A stretch of 16,151 bases of DNA. Source: an uncultured archaeon (lineage in GTDB: Archaea > Asgardarchaeota > Thorarchaeia > Thorarchaeales > Thorarchaeaceae). Location of the stretch: assembly GCA_964590575.1 (NCBI GenBank), contig CAZPWM010000073.1, forward strand, positions 1-16,151, written 5' to 3'. The translations under genes and the position numbers were made by a program. The notes beneath the pieces are model-generated. The model had not been told where the DNA came from. It saw nothing but the letters and a program-made list of their open reading frames with translations, and ran no database searches. Below are positions 1 through 7,987 of this stretch, piece by piece (positions within the stretch are counted from its first letter, which is position 1; every line of letters starts with the position of its first letter).

Positions 1-8
1 GGCTTCGC

Positions 9-16
9 TATATATA
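9..16 (+). promoter_or_regulatory. TATA box of the small-ORF operon
   Basis: TATATATA about 33-40 nt upstream of ATG 49, which is archaeal promoter spacing. Confidence 0.55.
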
Positions 17-48
17 CTAAATCTGAGCAGTATTCCTTGTGAAATATC

Positions 49-150
49 ATGGCTCAAGCAACTAACTCACGAACAACATCTGCGCTGAAGAACAACAAGG
101 CAAAGGCTTCGACCTACGCCCTGATCCACGCTTACACCTATCGGAGGTAA
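49..150 (+). CDS. Small basic peptide 1, 33 aa (MAQATNSRTTSALKNNKAKASTYALIHAYTYRR)
   Basis: Hand translation; follows a TATA box; resembles the next ORF; its end CGGAGGTAA contains the SD for ORF2. Confidence 0.65.
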   Translation: MAQATNSRTTSALKNNKAKASTYALIHAYTYRR

Positions 151-154
151 TCGC

Positions 155-250
155 ATGGCACTCGCTAAGGCTGACAAGAACTTCTTGAAGGGTTCCCCTG
201 AAAAGAAATTCTCCACAGACGCTATCACCCGTGCTTACTTCCGGAGGTAG
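155..250 (+). CDS. Small basic peptide 2, 31 aa (MALAKADKNFLKGSPEKKFSTDAITRAYFRR), paralogue of peptide 1
   Basis: GGAGGT SD at 143-148; shared pattern MAxA..LK..KxSTxA...AY..RR; ends CGGAGGTAG. Confidence 0.7.
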   Translation: MALAKADKNFLKGSPEKKFSTDAITRAYFRR

Positions 251-256
251 ACTTGG

Positions 257-373
257 ATGACCCGGTCTTACACTCCTGAAAGCACAACCTCAGATCATGA
301 GGTTCAGAAACCCAAAACCAGAGATTGCAGCAAACTCTCTCTGATTGAAGTACTCGCGTTGGAAGCGACGTGA
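257..373 (+). CDS. Possible small ORF 3, 38 aa (MTRSYTPESTTSDHEVQKPKTRDCSKLSLIEVLALEAT)
   Basis: GGAGGT SD at 243-248; no similarity to ORFs 1 and 2, and it overlaps three hairpins, so it may instead be a structured 3' UTR. Confidence 0.35.
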   Translation: MTRSYTPESTTSDHEVQKPKTRDCSKLSLIEVLALEAT

Positions 374-390
374 GTACTGTACTCTTTTTT
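349..390 (+). terminator. 13-bp hairpin plus T6 tract ending the small-ORF operon
   Basis: AGTACTCGCGTTG(349-361)/GAAG/CGACGTGAGTACT(366-378); TTTTTT at 385-390. Confidence 0.6.
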
Positions 391-457
391 CAGACTAATT
401 TATCCAATTCCTCAGTTTCACATGAGCACAAATCAAGAATCAGTTAGAATTGAGAAA

Positions 458-579
458 TGGTGCCGAGGACGAGATTCGAACTCGCGAACTCCTACAAGAG
501 TGGATTTCTCCTTGGAGTTGGCCATAGGCAAACTAACAGATCTTGAGTCCACCGCCGTTGACCGCTTGGCTACCTCGGC
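458..579 (-). tRNA. tRNA-Leu(CAA), intron-containing, CCA encoded
   Basis: Acceptor GCCGAGG/CCTCGGC-A-CCA, anticodon stem GTGGA/TCCAC, anticodon CAA (545-543), long variable arm, T-loop TTCGAAT. Confidence 0.95.
506..541 (-). other. 36-nt tRNA intron at canonical position 37/38
   Basis: Removal restores the anticodon loop CTCAAGA; relaxed BHB (CUCA/GGAG) and an internal AGTT-GCC/GGC-AACT hairpin. Confidence 0.88.
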
Positions 580-602
580 CCACTTTGCAAGAAGATTCCA
601 TC

Positions 603-620
603 CCAATATAGCCGTTTTGG
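603..620 (-). promoter_or_regulatory. Putative BRE/TATA promoter of tRNA-Leu
   Basis: Minus strand CAAAACGG-CTATATTG about 25-40 nt upstream of tRNA G1. Confidence 0.4.
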
Positions 621-654
621 CTAAACTGCTTGAAAACTTCACTCGAATAATGAC

Positions 655-972
655 TTAGCTGGTTTCTAGATGTGGTCTTATCTTGGTATAGAAATCTGAG
701 ATTATCTTAGACCGATCATCCTCAGTTTCAAGAATGAACAATCGAATCTGCTGCCCTGCTTTGATTTCTTTCACGAGTCCCATATCAACGAGAGGTTGCA
801 TTACCCTGTGAATTGTGGAGTGTGCAAGTCCAGTTTCCTTCGCTAGTCTGCTCAGATTGAAGAATTCTTTTGGACGGTCTAGGAAGTGTTGGACAACACG
901 GGTCTGTGCGCGGGATGCAAATACTTTCTCGAGCAGCTTCTTCAACTCATCTTCGCCTCTTGTTATATTCAT
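655..972 (-). CDS. Winged helix-turn-helix transcriptional regulator
   Basis: HTH 'NLSRLAKETGLAHSTIHRVMQPLVDMGLV' plus a beta wing; ATGA overlap with the pyrH stop. Confidence 0.8.
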   Translation of the reverse strand: MNITRGEDELKKLLEKVFASRAQTRVVQHFLDRPKEFFNLSRLAKETGLAHSTIHRVMQPLVDMGLVKEIKAGQQIRLFILETEDDRSKIISDFYTKIRPHLETS

Positions 973-1664
973 TCTTTCGTGTTGTGCGTTATTCGGGTTC
1001 CAATCTTCTCTTTGTTGAATGCCTTTTTCAGATTCTCAAGTTTGTTACCGTTGAAAATCACAGTGGAAATTTTAGACCTTTCAACAATTCTAATTGCTAC
1101 TGGGTCAAACAGACTGTACTGACCTGCCTTTGTTCCCTCTGCAGACAGAATCGCTCTTAGTTGAGCAACATCAACACTGTCCAGTTTCTGAGCGTCCTTT
1201 TCCTCAGGGTTTCTATCGTAGACACCATCAACATTGGTAGCATTGAACAACATATCCGCGTTTATCAGTTCCGCCGAAGCTGCAGCTACTGCATTTGTTG
1301 ACTGACCGGGAATCATACCACCAAGTAATACAACCTTTCCAAGGTTGATTGCAACCTCAAGCTCATCATAATCATCAACGATTTTGGGATATGCTAGGTT
1401 GCCAAGAGCTGCACATAGCAACTCAGCATTATTCCTTGCTGCCTTAATCCCCAGCCAATCACACTGAGCCTCGTTTGCACCAAGTGCACGAGCTGCAGAG
1501 ATGTACATTCGTGCTGGTTTTCCACCACCAACAACAATAGCCAAAGAATGTCCGTCTTTAACCAGGGACCTTATCGAGTCAGCGTACTCTCTTAATCGGT
1601 CAATACGAATTTGACCGTCGTTGTCATAGAGGAGTGAACCTCCAATCTTGAGTACGGCTCTCAT
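969..1664 (-). CDS. pyrH: Uridylate (UMP) kinase, archaeal type
   Basis: VLKIGGS, VVGGG, DWLGIKAAR, PGQST, TNVDGVYDRNP and LFDPVA motifs; 231 aa. Confidence 0.93.
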   Translation of the reverse strand: MRAVLKIGGSLLYDNDGQIRIDRLREYADSIRSLVKDGHSLAIVVGGGKPARMYISAARALGANEAQCDWLGIKAARNNAELLCAALGNLAYPKIVDDYDELEVAINLGKVVLLGGMIPGQSTNAVAAASAELINADMLFNATNVDGVYDRNPEEKDAQKLDSVDVAQLRAILSAEGTKAGQYSLFDPVAIRIVERSKISTVIFNGNKLENLKKAFNKEKIGTRITHNTKE

Positions 1665-1709
1665 AGAATGTCCCCTGAAGCACTTACGAACATGTTCTTC
1701 TATTGACTA

Positions 1710-1728
1710 CTATTAATAACGCTTTCTT
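1710..1728 (-). promoter_or_regulatory. Putative BRE/TATA promoter of the pyrH-wHTH operon
   Basis: Minus strand AAGAAAGCG-TTATTAATA about 50 nt upstream of the ATG. Confidence 0.5.
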
Positions 1729-1782
1729 GAATAGACCAGTTTGACGAATTTTCGACTAGTTCAAAATGGCTCTAAAAGCCCT

Positions 1783-1923
1783 CTAGCGAGCCAAATCGTT
1801 CATTTCCGCCCAATCGGATACTTCATTTAGACGATTAATGTCGTCGTCGGTCAGCTTGAGCTCCTTGAGATTCTGTTCACTAAGCTTGGTTAGTTTTGTT
1901 TGTCCATAACTCTTAAAGGCCAA
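1783..1923 (-). pseudogene. 46-aa ORF (MAFKSYGQTKLTKLSEQNLKELKLTDDDINRLNEVSDWAEMNDLAR); small protein or aldo/keto-reductase C-terminal remnant
   Basis: Hand translation, TTG start; amphipathic 'EQNLKELKLTDDDINRLNEVS' recalls the AKR C-terminal helices. Confidence 0.3.
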
Positions 1924-1977
1924 TTACCTTCTTCGAGCCTGAGCGGCAGGTGCCGACCCTTGCTGACATCAAGGAGA

Positions 1978-4458
1978 ATGATCCTTTTGTCTAAACTAGA
2001 ACCGAAAATCAAGTCTAAACGCTGGAAGCCCGAAGCAGAGGCTGAACTACTCGAAAAATGGGCGAATGAAGACACATACGAGTTCAATATGGACTCAGGC
2101 AAATCAATATACACGGTGGACACACCACCGCCTTACCTATCTGGACCAATGGGTGTTCATCAGGTCATTCATTACACTCAGATTGACACAATTGCACGAT
2201 ATAGACGCATGCAAGGTCTCGAAGTTAACTTTCCACTAGGTATTGACCGAAATGGTCTTCCAGTAGAGGTTCGCGTTGAGAAGGATCTGGGTATCGTTAT
2301 GCGCGAAACCCCTCGTGATGAGTTTCTCCGTCTTTGTAAAGAACGCCTTGACGCAGATGAAACAATTACTCTTGGCAGTTTCAAAAGACTCGGTATTGCT
2401 TTCAACACCTATGAAGATGAAGGTAGTTATCGCACTGATAGCCCGAGATATCGGGCTGTGACACAGGCATCTTTCATTGAGATTTGGAACAAGGGTCTGG
2501 TCTATAGTGATTATCGTCCCAATAACTATTGTTTCGAATGTGGTACTACCATAGCTGACGCTGAAGTAGAATATGCAGAGCGTCCAACAAAACTCCATTA
2601 TCTACATTTCGAAGTGGAAGGACTGGAACCACTCGAGATTGCTACTACAAGGCCTGAGTTACTCTGTGCATGTGGTGCAATATTCGTTCATCCAGATGAT
2701 GCCCGGTACACAACTTATCATGGAAAGACTGCTACTGTGCCTATTTTTGGAATGGAGGTGTCAATTATTCCGAGTCCCACTGCACAGATGGAGTTTGGAA
2801 CAGGCGCACTGATGGTGTGCAGTTATGGCGACCAAGGTGATGTCATGGCATTCCGTGACTATGCACTCACTCCTATCCAAGCTGTTTCGACTGATGGTAC
2901 CATGACTGAGGCTGCTGGTGAATATGCGGGTATGACAATTATTGAAGCTCGTAAGAAGATAGTAGATGATCTCAAGGAAAAGAAACTCCTCTTCAAACAG
3001 GAGGACTCTATTCAAAGAGTGCCTCAATGTTGGCGTAGTCGTACTCCTATTGAGTTCATTGCTATGGATGAGTATTATGTGAAACAGACAGAATTCATTG
3101 AAGAACTTCACAAAATCGCAGCTGACACTCCATTCTATCCACCGTTTCATAAACAGATACTCATCGATTGGCTCAATCGAGTCACAGTGGATTGGCCAGT
3201 TAGTCGGAGACGATTCTATGGTACTGAACTCCCAATCTGGTATTGCAACTCATGCAAAGAGCCTGTGGTTCCAGAATTGACAGATGAACCAAGATATTAT
3301 CAACCGTGGCGAGAAGACCCTCCATTTACAAAATGTCCGAAATGTAATGCCGAGGATGGTTTCACAGGTGAAGATAGGACCTTTGATACATGGATGGACT
3401 CCTCAATAAGTGGAATGCAGGCTGTTGGATACATGCGTAATGACAAACTCTTCAAGAAGGCTTTTGATAATGTCATGCGGCCTCAAGGTAAGGACATCGT
3501 GAGGACTTGGCTTTACTATTCTCTGCTTCGAACTCTACAACTTACTGGCAAAGCTGCTTTCAGTGAGGTATGGGTTTCTGGTCATGTTGTGGATGATAAA
3601 GGGGAGGCAATGAGTAAATCAAAGGGTAACTCGCCGCCACCCATGCCTTTTGTAGAGAAGTATGGTGCTGATGCAATGCGTATCTACGGAGCTCTTGAGG
3701 CTGGTCTGGGTAGTGATGTCAGATTTTCTGAGGACCGTCTAGCAGGTGTATCAAAATTCATGACCAAGCTTTACAATATTGCTCGGTTTATCTCAATGTT
3801 CCCGATCCCCGAACCGATTGAATTCAAGAACTTGACACCTGTAGATCAATGGATTCTTGCAGAAGCAAATGCACTTGTTGAACGAATCGTACCCGAATGT
3901 AACTTGCTAGATTTCCATAAACCTGCTATTGAGATACGCGGCTTCACATGGAACTTCTTTGCAGATCATGTATTAGAGATGATAAAGGGACGTTCATTCA
4001 ATACAGATGGTACATTCACAGAAGAAGAGCAAAGGTCAGCTTGGTTCACTCTGCATGAAGTGTTGAAGATTATATCTCGAGCACTGGCTCCTATGACTCC
4101 TTTCATCACTGACAGAATTTACAGAGACCTCTATGATGAAACTGGTGTCCATCGGCATAGCTATCCCTCATATGAGAAGACTTGGAAATCCGACCTCGTA
4201 GAACATTCTGAATTACTAATGCAGACGAACTCGGGCTTTTGGAAGTTCAAACGTGAAGCAGGAATCTCTCTTAGACAAGGTCTTCCTGAGGCCTATATCT
4301 CCGAAAATCTGAAACCGTGGGCTAATGACCTTCAAGCTATGCACGGTGTTGAAAAGATTAGTTTTGGTAAACCAAAGGATGACAAGTTCGTGGAAGTAAC
4401 CCTTCCAGAGTCTGAAGATGTAATCTATATTCTTCCTCCTCTTGAAGAGAAAGAATGA
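1978..4458 (+). CDS. valS: Valine--tRNA ligase, archaeal type (start ATG 1978 or TTG 1987)
   Basis: DTPPPY, TTRPE editing motif, DTWMDSS, RPQGKDIVRTW, AMSKSKGN; GGAG upstream of the start. Confidence 0.9.
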   Translation: MILLSKLEPKIKSKRWKPEAEAELLEKWANEDTYEFNMDSGKSIYTVDTPPPYLSGPMGVHQVIHYTQIDTIARYRRMQGLEVNFPLGIDRNGLPVEVRVEKDLGIVMRETPRDEFLRLCKERLDADETITLGSFKRLGIAFNTYEDEGSYRTDSPRYRAVTQASFIEIWNKGLVYSDYRPNNYCFECGTTIADAEVEYAERPTKLHYLHFEVEGLEPLEIATTRPELLCACGAIFVHPDDARYTTYHGKTATVPIFGMEVSIIPSPTAQMEFGTGALMVCSYGDQGDVMAFRDYALTPIQAVSTDGTMTEAAGEYAGMTIIEARKKIVDDLKEKKLLFKQEDSIQRVPQCWRSRTPIEFIAMDEYYVKQTEFIEELHKIAADTPFYPPFHKQILIDWLNRVTVDWPVSRRRFYGTELPIWYCNSCKEPVVPELTDEPRYYQPWREDPPFTKCPKCNAEDGFTGEDRTFDTWMDSSISGMQAVGYMRNDKLFKKAFDNVMRPQGKDIVRTWLYYSLLRTLQLTGKAAFSEVWVSGHVVDDKGEAMSKSKGNSPPPMPFVEKYGADAMRIYGALEAGLGSDVRFSEDRLAGVSKFMTKLYNIARFISMFPIPEPIEFKNLTPVDQWILAEANALVERIVPECNLLDFHKPAIEIRGFTWNFFADHVLEMIKGRSFNTDGTFTEEEQRSAWFTLHEVLKIISRALAPMTPFITDRIYRDLYDETGVHRHSYPSYEKTWKSDLVEHSELLMQTNSGFWKFKREAGISLRQGLPEAYISENLKPWANDLQAMHGVEKISFGKPKDDKFVEVTLPESEDVIYILPPLEEKE

Positions 4459-4482
4459 TTGGACGACTATGGTTGTCCAATC
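4457..4482. terminator. Hairpin between convergent valS and OsmC genes
   Basis: GATTGGACGAC/TATG/GTTGTCCAATC, an 11-bp stem. Confidence 0.5.
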
Positions 4483-4489
4483 CTCTCAT

Positions 4490-4924
4490 TTATCCTACAA
4501 CAACCTCGTTCACATGTTCTGTCGGACATTTCATACTGTTCGTAACTAAGCAGTATTTTCCAGCTAGCTCAAGTGCCCTCTCAGCTTTAGACTTGAGGTC
4601 TTCAGAATCAACCTCAACTTTCGTCTTCAGAAGCAGTTTTGTGAACTGAAACCCCTTGTCAACTCTTTCAAGTGTGCCATGCCCCTCGCATGAGAATGAC
4701 TTGAAATCGAAACGCATCTTGGTAGTGAAGGTCACAAACGTGGTCATCAAGCAGGAGGTTGCAGACGCAACAAAGAGGTCCTCTGGTGAGATGATTCCCT
4801 CGGGTCCGTCAAACTCAGATGGGGTTGAGATCTCTACCTTTGGCTTGCCATCAATAATCAAATTTCCTATCTGACCATGCTTCCAGTTCACTGTAACCAT
4901 GTATTTATGCATATCATCAGTCAT
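4490..4924 (-). CDS. OsmC/Ohr family protein (paralogue B)
   Basis: SPEDLFVASATSC...AGKYCLVTNSM two-Cys signature; start at 4924 gives 144 aa, the same as its paralogue. Confidence 0.88.
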   Translation of the reverse strand: MTDDMHKYMVTVNWKHGQIGNLIIDGKPKVEISTPSEFDGPEGIISPEDLFVASATSCLMTTFVTFTTKMRFDFKSFSCEGHGTLERVDKGFQFTKLLLKTKVEVDSEDLKSKAERALELAGKYCLVTNSMKCPTEHVNEVVVG

Positions 4925-4977
4925 CTCTATCACTGCAACTCGCAGGTTCAAACCCGCCGAAAAAGGGTTTGGTTACG

Positions 4978-5412
4978 TCATTCAACGACAATATTAGTTT
5001 CATGCGAAACTGGGCATTTCATACTGTTCCCAATAAAGCAGTACTTCGCAGCCAGCTCGAGTGCTCGTTCAATCTTTCTCCGGTTGTCCTCAGAACCAAT
5101 TCCTACTTTGGCTGTCATCTCTATCTTTGTGACCTCGAGACTTCTTCCAACTTCTTCAAGAGTTCCTATTGCATCACACTCGAATGATTTGAACTCGATT
5201 CGCATTTTTCGTGTGAATTCAACAAAACCATTCATGTAACACATCGCGGCTGATGCAACAAACAGGTCCTCTGGAGAATGAAACCTGGCTTCTTCCGGAC
5301 CCCCAGATGGCACCCCTGTCTTAATCGCTACTTTTCCATCAACAGTAAGATTTCCACTCTTACCACCAGTCCAAACAAGTTTCACCGGGAACAACTTAGG
5401 GTCTTCACTCAT
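4978..5412 (-). CDS. OsmC/Ohr family protein (paralogue A)
   Basis: SPEDLFVASAAMC...AAKYCFIGNSM; GGAGGT SD upstream. Confidence 0.88.
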   Translation of the reverse strand: MSEDPKLFPVKLVWTGGKSGNLTVDGKVAIKTGVPSGGPEEARFHSPEDLFVASAAMCYMNGFVEFTRKMRIEFKSFECDAIGTLEEVGRSLEVTKIEMTAKVGIGSEDNRRKIERALELAAKYCFIGNSMKCPVSHETNIVVE

Positions 5413-5470
5413 GTGCTACACCTACCTCCATCCATGTAGTACTCAAGAAAAAGGATTCAGTCCTGGCAAA

Positions 5471-6247
5471 CTACTCTATCTTCATTGCTTTGAATACAGC
5501 AAAGAATGGAATCCTCCGCTCTCGTTCAAAGAACTGGTCATCTTCAGTAGGTTGAGGCTCTGCGAACTCAAGCAAACGAAATCCTGCACTTGAAAGCGAA
5601 TTGAGATATGTTGAAAGAGTCCTATGGAAAAAGCTGATAGGATCTGGGAAATTCTCTCCTTGCTTGGTCTTCCAATATCTTTCATACTCTATTTCTTCGA
5701 AGTATCGATCAACCTTGAAGTAGAGACCTGTACGCCTCTTTGTATCAGGGTCTTTTTCTCCCATCTCCCATGAACCGGGTCCATAGAAATTGAATGCTGG
5801 GTGAACAATTGAGAAGACAAGAATGCCCCCTAGTTTCAACACTCTATGGAACTCTTTGATAGCATCATCTAAACATGGAACATTCAGTAGGACGAGGTTG
5901 GATAGAATAATGTCAAACTCAGAATTGGGAACAGACTCGATGTAACAAACATTATCAACCCGATAATCTATCGTAAATTCCTCCTTCTCTGTCAGCTGTT
6001 CAGAGGTTTCTATAAGACGCTGTGACAAATCAATGGCTGTCACATCTGCTCCTTTTTTGGCATAGAACCTTGCCAAGTACCCCTCTCCACAACCTGCATC
6101 GAGGAATTTCTTACCTTTCACATCTCCCAAAAGCCTGTCTACACATGGATTGAGTATCTTTCTATGGTGTGGAGTGCCTTCACCATCAATAAGACCCGTG
6201 AAAACTTCAGCGTTGCTCTCCCATTGTTCACGAAATCTCTCGTCCAT
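5471..6247 (-). CDS. Class I SAM-dependent methyltransferase
   Basis: Motif I LDAGCGEG, AIDLS, FDIILS, RVLKLGG, SIVHP, FHRTLSTY. Confidence 0.9.
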   Translation of the reverse strand: MDERFREQWESNAEVFTGLIDGEGTPHHRKILNPCVDRLLGDVKGKKFLDAGCGEGYLARFYAKKGADVTAIDLSQRLIETSEQLTEKEEFTIDYRVDNVCYIESVPNSEFDIILSNLVLLNVPCLDDAIKEFHRVLKLGGILVFSIVHPAFNFYGPGSWEMGEKDPDTKRRTGLYFKVDRYFEEIEYERYWKTKQGENFPDPISFFHRTLSTYLNSLSSAGFRLLEFAEPQPTEDDQFFERERRIPFFAVFKAMKIE

Positions 6248-6291
6248 GACTTAGTGAGAGAACCAAGCTCTTCTGAACTTTTCGAAATTTC

Positions 6292-6693
6292 CTAGATCTT
6301 GTCCCATACCTTTCGAATACGTTTTCCAGTTTCTTCAATCAATGATTCCATAGCCTCTTGAGATGCGAGACCGACCTCAACGCCTACTTTCATTATTGAA
6401 GTATGGGCAACCTTGACCTTCCCATCTTCTTCGTAAACTGTGAAACTACATGGGAAGATTGTACCCATATCCTTTGAAATATCAAGGGCTGTCTTTGCTA
6501 GCTGCGGATTACAGACAAGAACTACTGTGTATTTGGGATAATCATCAATTCCAAGCTTTTGCTTTAAGATATCATGAACCCCTTTCGTGAGCTGTACACC
6601 AAACCCCTCACTCACACAAGCATCTTCAACTTTCTTCACGGCTTCATTGAACCCATACTGGACCTCTTTACGCAAAACATCGACCATAACCAT
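6292..6693 (-). CDS. DUF302 domain protein (start 6693 or 6687)
   Basis: 'EGFGV...VCNP..A...D.G..FPC...VYEEDGKV' family pattern. Confidence 0.8.
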   Translation of the reverse strand: MVMVDVLRKEVQYGFNEAVKKVEDACVSEGFGVQLTKGVHDILKQKLGIDDYPKYTVVLVCNPQLAKTALDISKDMGTIFPCSFTVYEEDGKVKVAHTSIMKVGVEVGLASQEAMESLIEETGKRIRKVWDKI

Positions 6694-6787
6694 ACCTGAC
6701 TCTTTTCCGTAAAATGGGTTTGGATAGGGAAGTGTTCCAATCACTATAATAGACGGTACGGGGTCACAAAATACTTGGTGTAAGCTA

Positions 6788-7987
6788 ATGGTTATTGAGG
6801 ATGACCAATCTCAACAAGATGAAATGAAGCATGACCCTGCTCATGTTTTCGGTGCAGCATCATTTTTGAACGATACTGGTTCGGATATGATTGCTCCTAT
6901 TTGGCCGACATTTCTTACAACACAATTGGGTCTCACTCAAGGCCAAGTGCAGCTGGTCGACGGTCTTGCCTTGACAATAACTTCTCTCTCCAAGTTAGGG
7001 GCTGGTTATGCTTCAGACCGCACTGGTAAGCGAAAAGTCTTCATCACACTAGGATACTCTCTATCAATGATTGCACGGATTGGATTTGTCCTTGCAACCT
7101 ACGCATATCAGCTCTTTCAGATAATCCTGTGGAAATCGATGGACAGATTGGGTAAAATGCGAGGTCCGCCTCGGGATGCTATAGTGGCGGGGCATGCAAC
7201 TGAGAAGAAGCGAGGAAGTGCATTTGGCATTCTAAGGGCTCTCGATACAGCTGGAGCTGTCTTTGGGACAATCATCACCCTCTTTCTGTTTCAACTTCTC
7301 GGGTATACAGGAATTATCCTCCTAGCTGTTATCCCTACATTTGGGTCCATTATTGTTGTTAGTGTTTTGGTGAAAGAAAAACGAGGGAAGGATGTATTCA
7401 AAGGAGTAAGTTTCCGAGGTCTCGACAGAAACCTGAAAATCTTCCTTATTGCCTCTGTTCTTTTCGCACTTGCAACCTTCAGCTACTCACTGTTGATTCT
7501 ATTCTCAAGCAACTTCGGATACACAGTGACACAACAGACACTTCTCTATTTGTTATTCACTACAGTCTATGCTGCTTCTGCATATCCTTTCGGATGGTTG
7601 TCTGACAAGGTCGGTAGAAAATTAGTCATGGCGTTAGCATTTCTATTTCTAATTCTGACTTCAGCATGGATTTATTTTGTGTTTGATCCATTGATGATAA
7701 TCCCCATGTTTGTATTCTTTGGTCTGATGAACGGTGCTTTAGATCCTGTTCAAACTAGTTTCGTAGCGGATTTAGTAGAGGAAGAACGTCGAGCTAGTAT
7801 AATTGGAGCATTCCAGATGGCTGTAGGCATCAGTGCATTTCCTGCTGGCCTAGTGATTGGGTATCTATGGGATTCATATGCACCTGTGGTTGCTTTTCAG
7901 TACTCAATTATTCTCACATTTTTGGCTCTCCTATTGTTGGCGCTTGTAAGAACAAAGAGAAATGGTGGTGGACCGGGCGAGATTTGA
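6788..7987 (+). CDS. MFS transporter
   Basis: About 12 hydrophobic segments; motif A GYASDRTGKRK and GWLSDKVGRK. Confidence 0.92.
   Translation: MVIEDDQSQQDEMKHDPAHVFGAASFLNDTGSDMIAPIWPTFLTTQLGLTQGQVQLVDGLALTITSLSKLGAGYASDRTGKRKVFITLGYSLSMIARIGFVLATYAYQLFQIILWKSMDRLGKMRGPPRDAIVAGHATEKKRGSAFGILRALDTAGAVFGTIITLFLFQLLGYTGIILLAVIPTFGSIIVVSVLVKEKRGKDVFKGVSFRGLDRNLKIFLIASVLFALATFSYSLLILFSSNFGYTVTQQTLLYLLFTTVYAASAYPFGWLSDKVGRKLVMALAFLFLILTSAWIYFVFDPLMIIPMFVFFGLMNGALDPVQTSFVADLVEEERRASIIGAFQMAVGISAFPAGLVIGYLWDSYAPVVAFQYSIILTFLALLLLALVRTKRNGGGPGEI

Noticed and set aside
131-250. Repeats GCTTAC...CGGAGGTA about 100 nt apart as a CRISPR array
   Set aside because: Only two short degenerate copies, explained by paralogous coding ends; no cas genes
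422-658. ORFs 422-658 (+) and 433-642 (-)
   Set aside because: They overlap tRNA-Leu and are typical tRNA shadow translations
1900-1977. Extended valS N-terminus from the ORF track
   Set aside because: Not ValRS-like; the SD-like GGAG favours a start at 1978 or 1987
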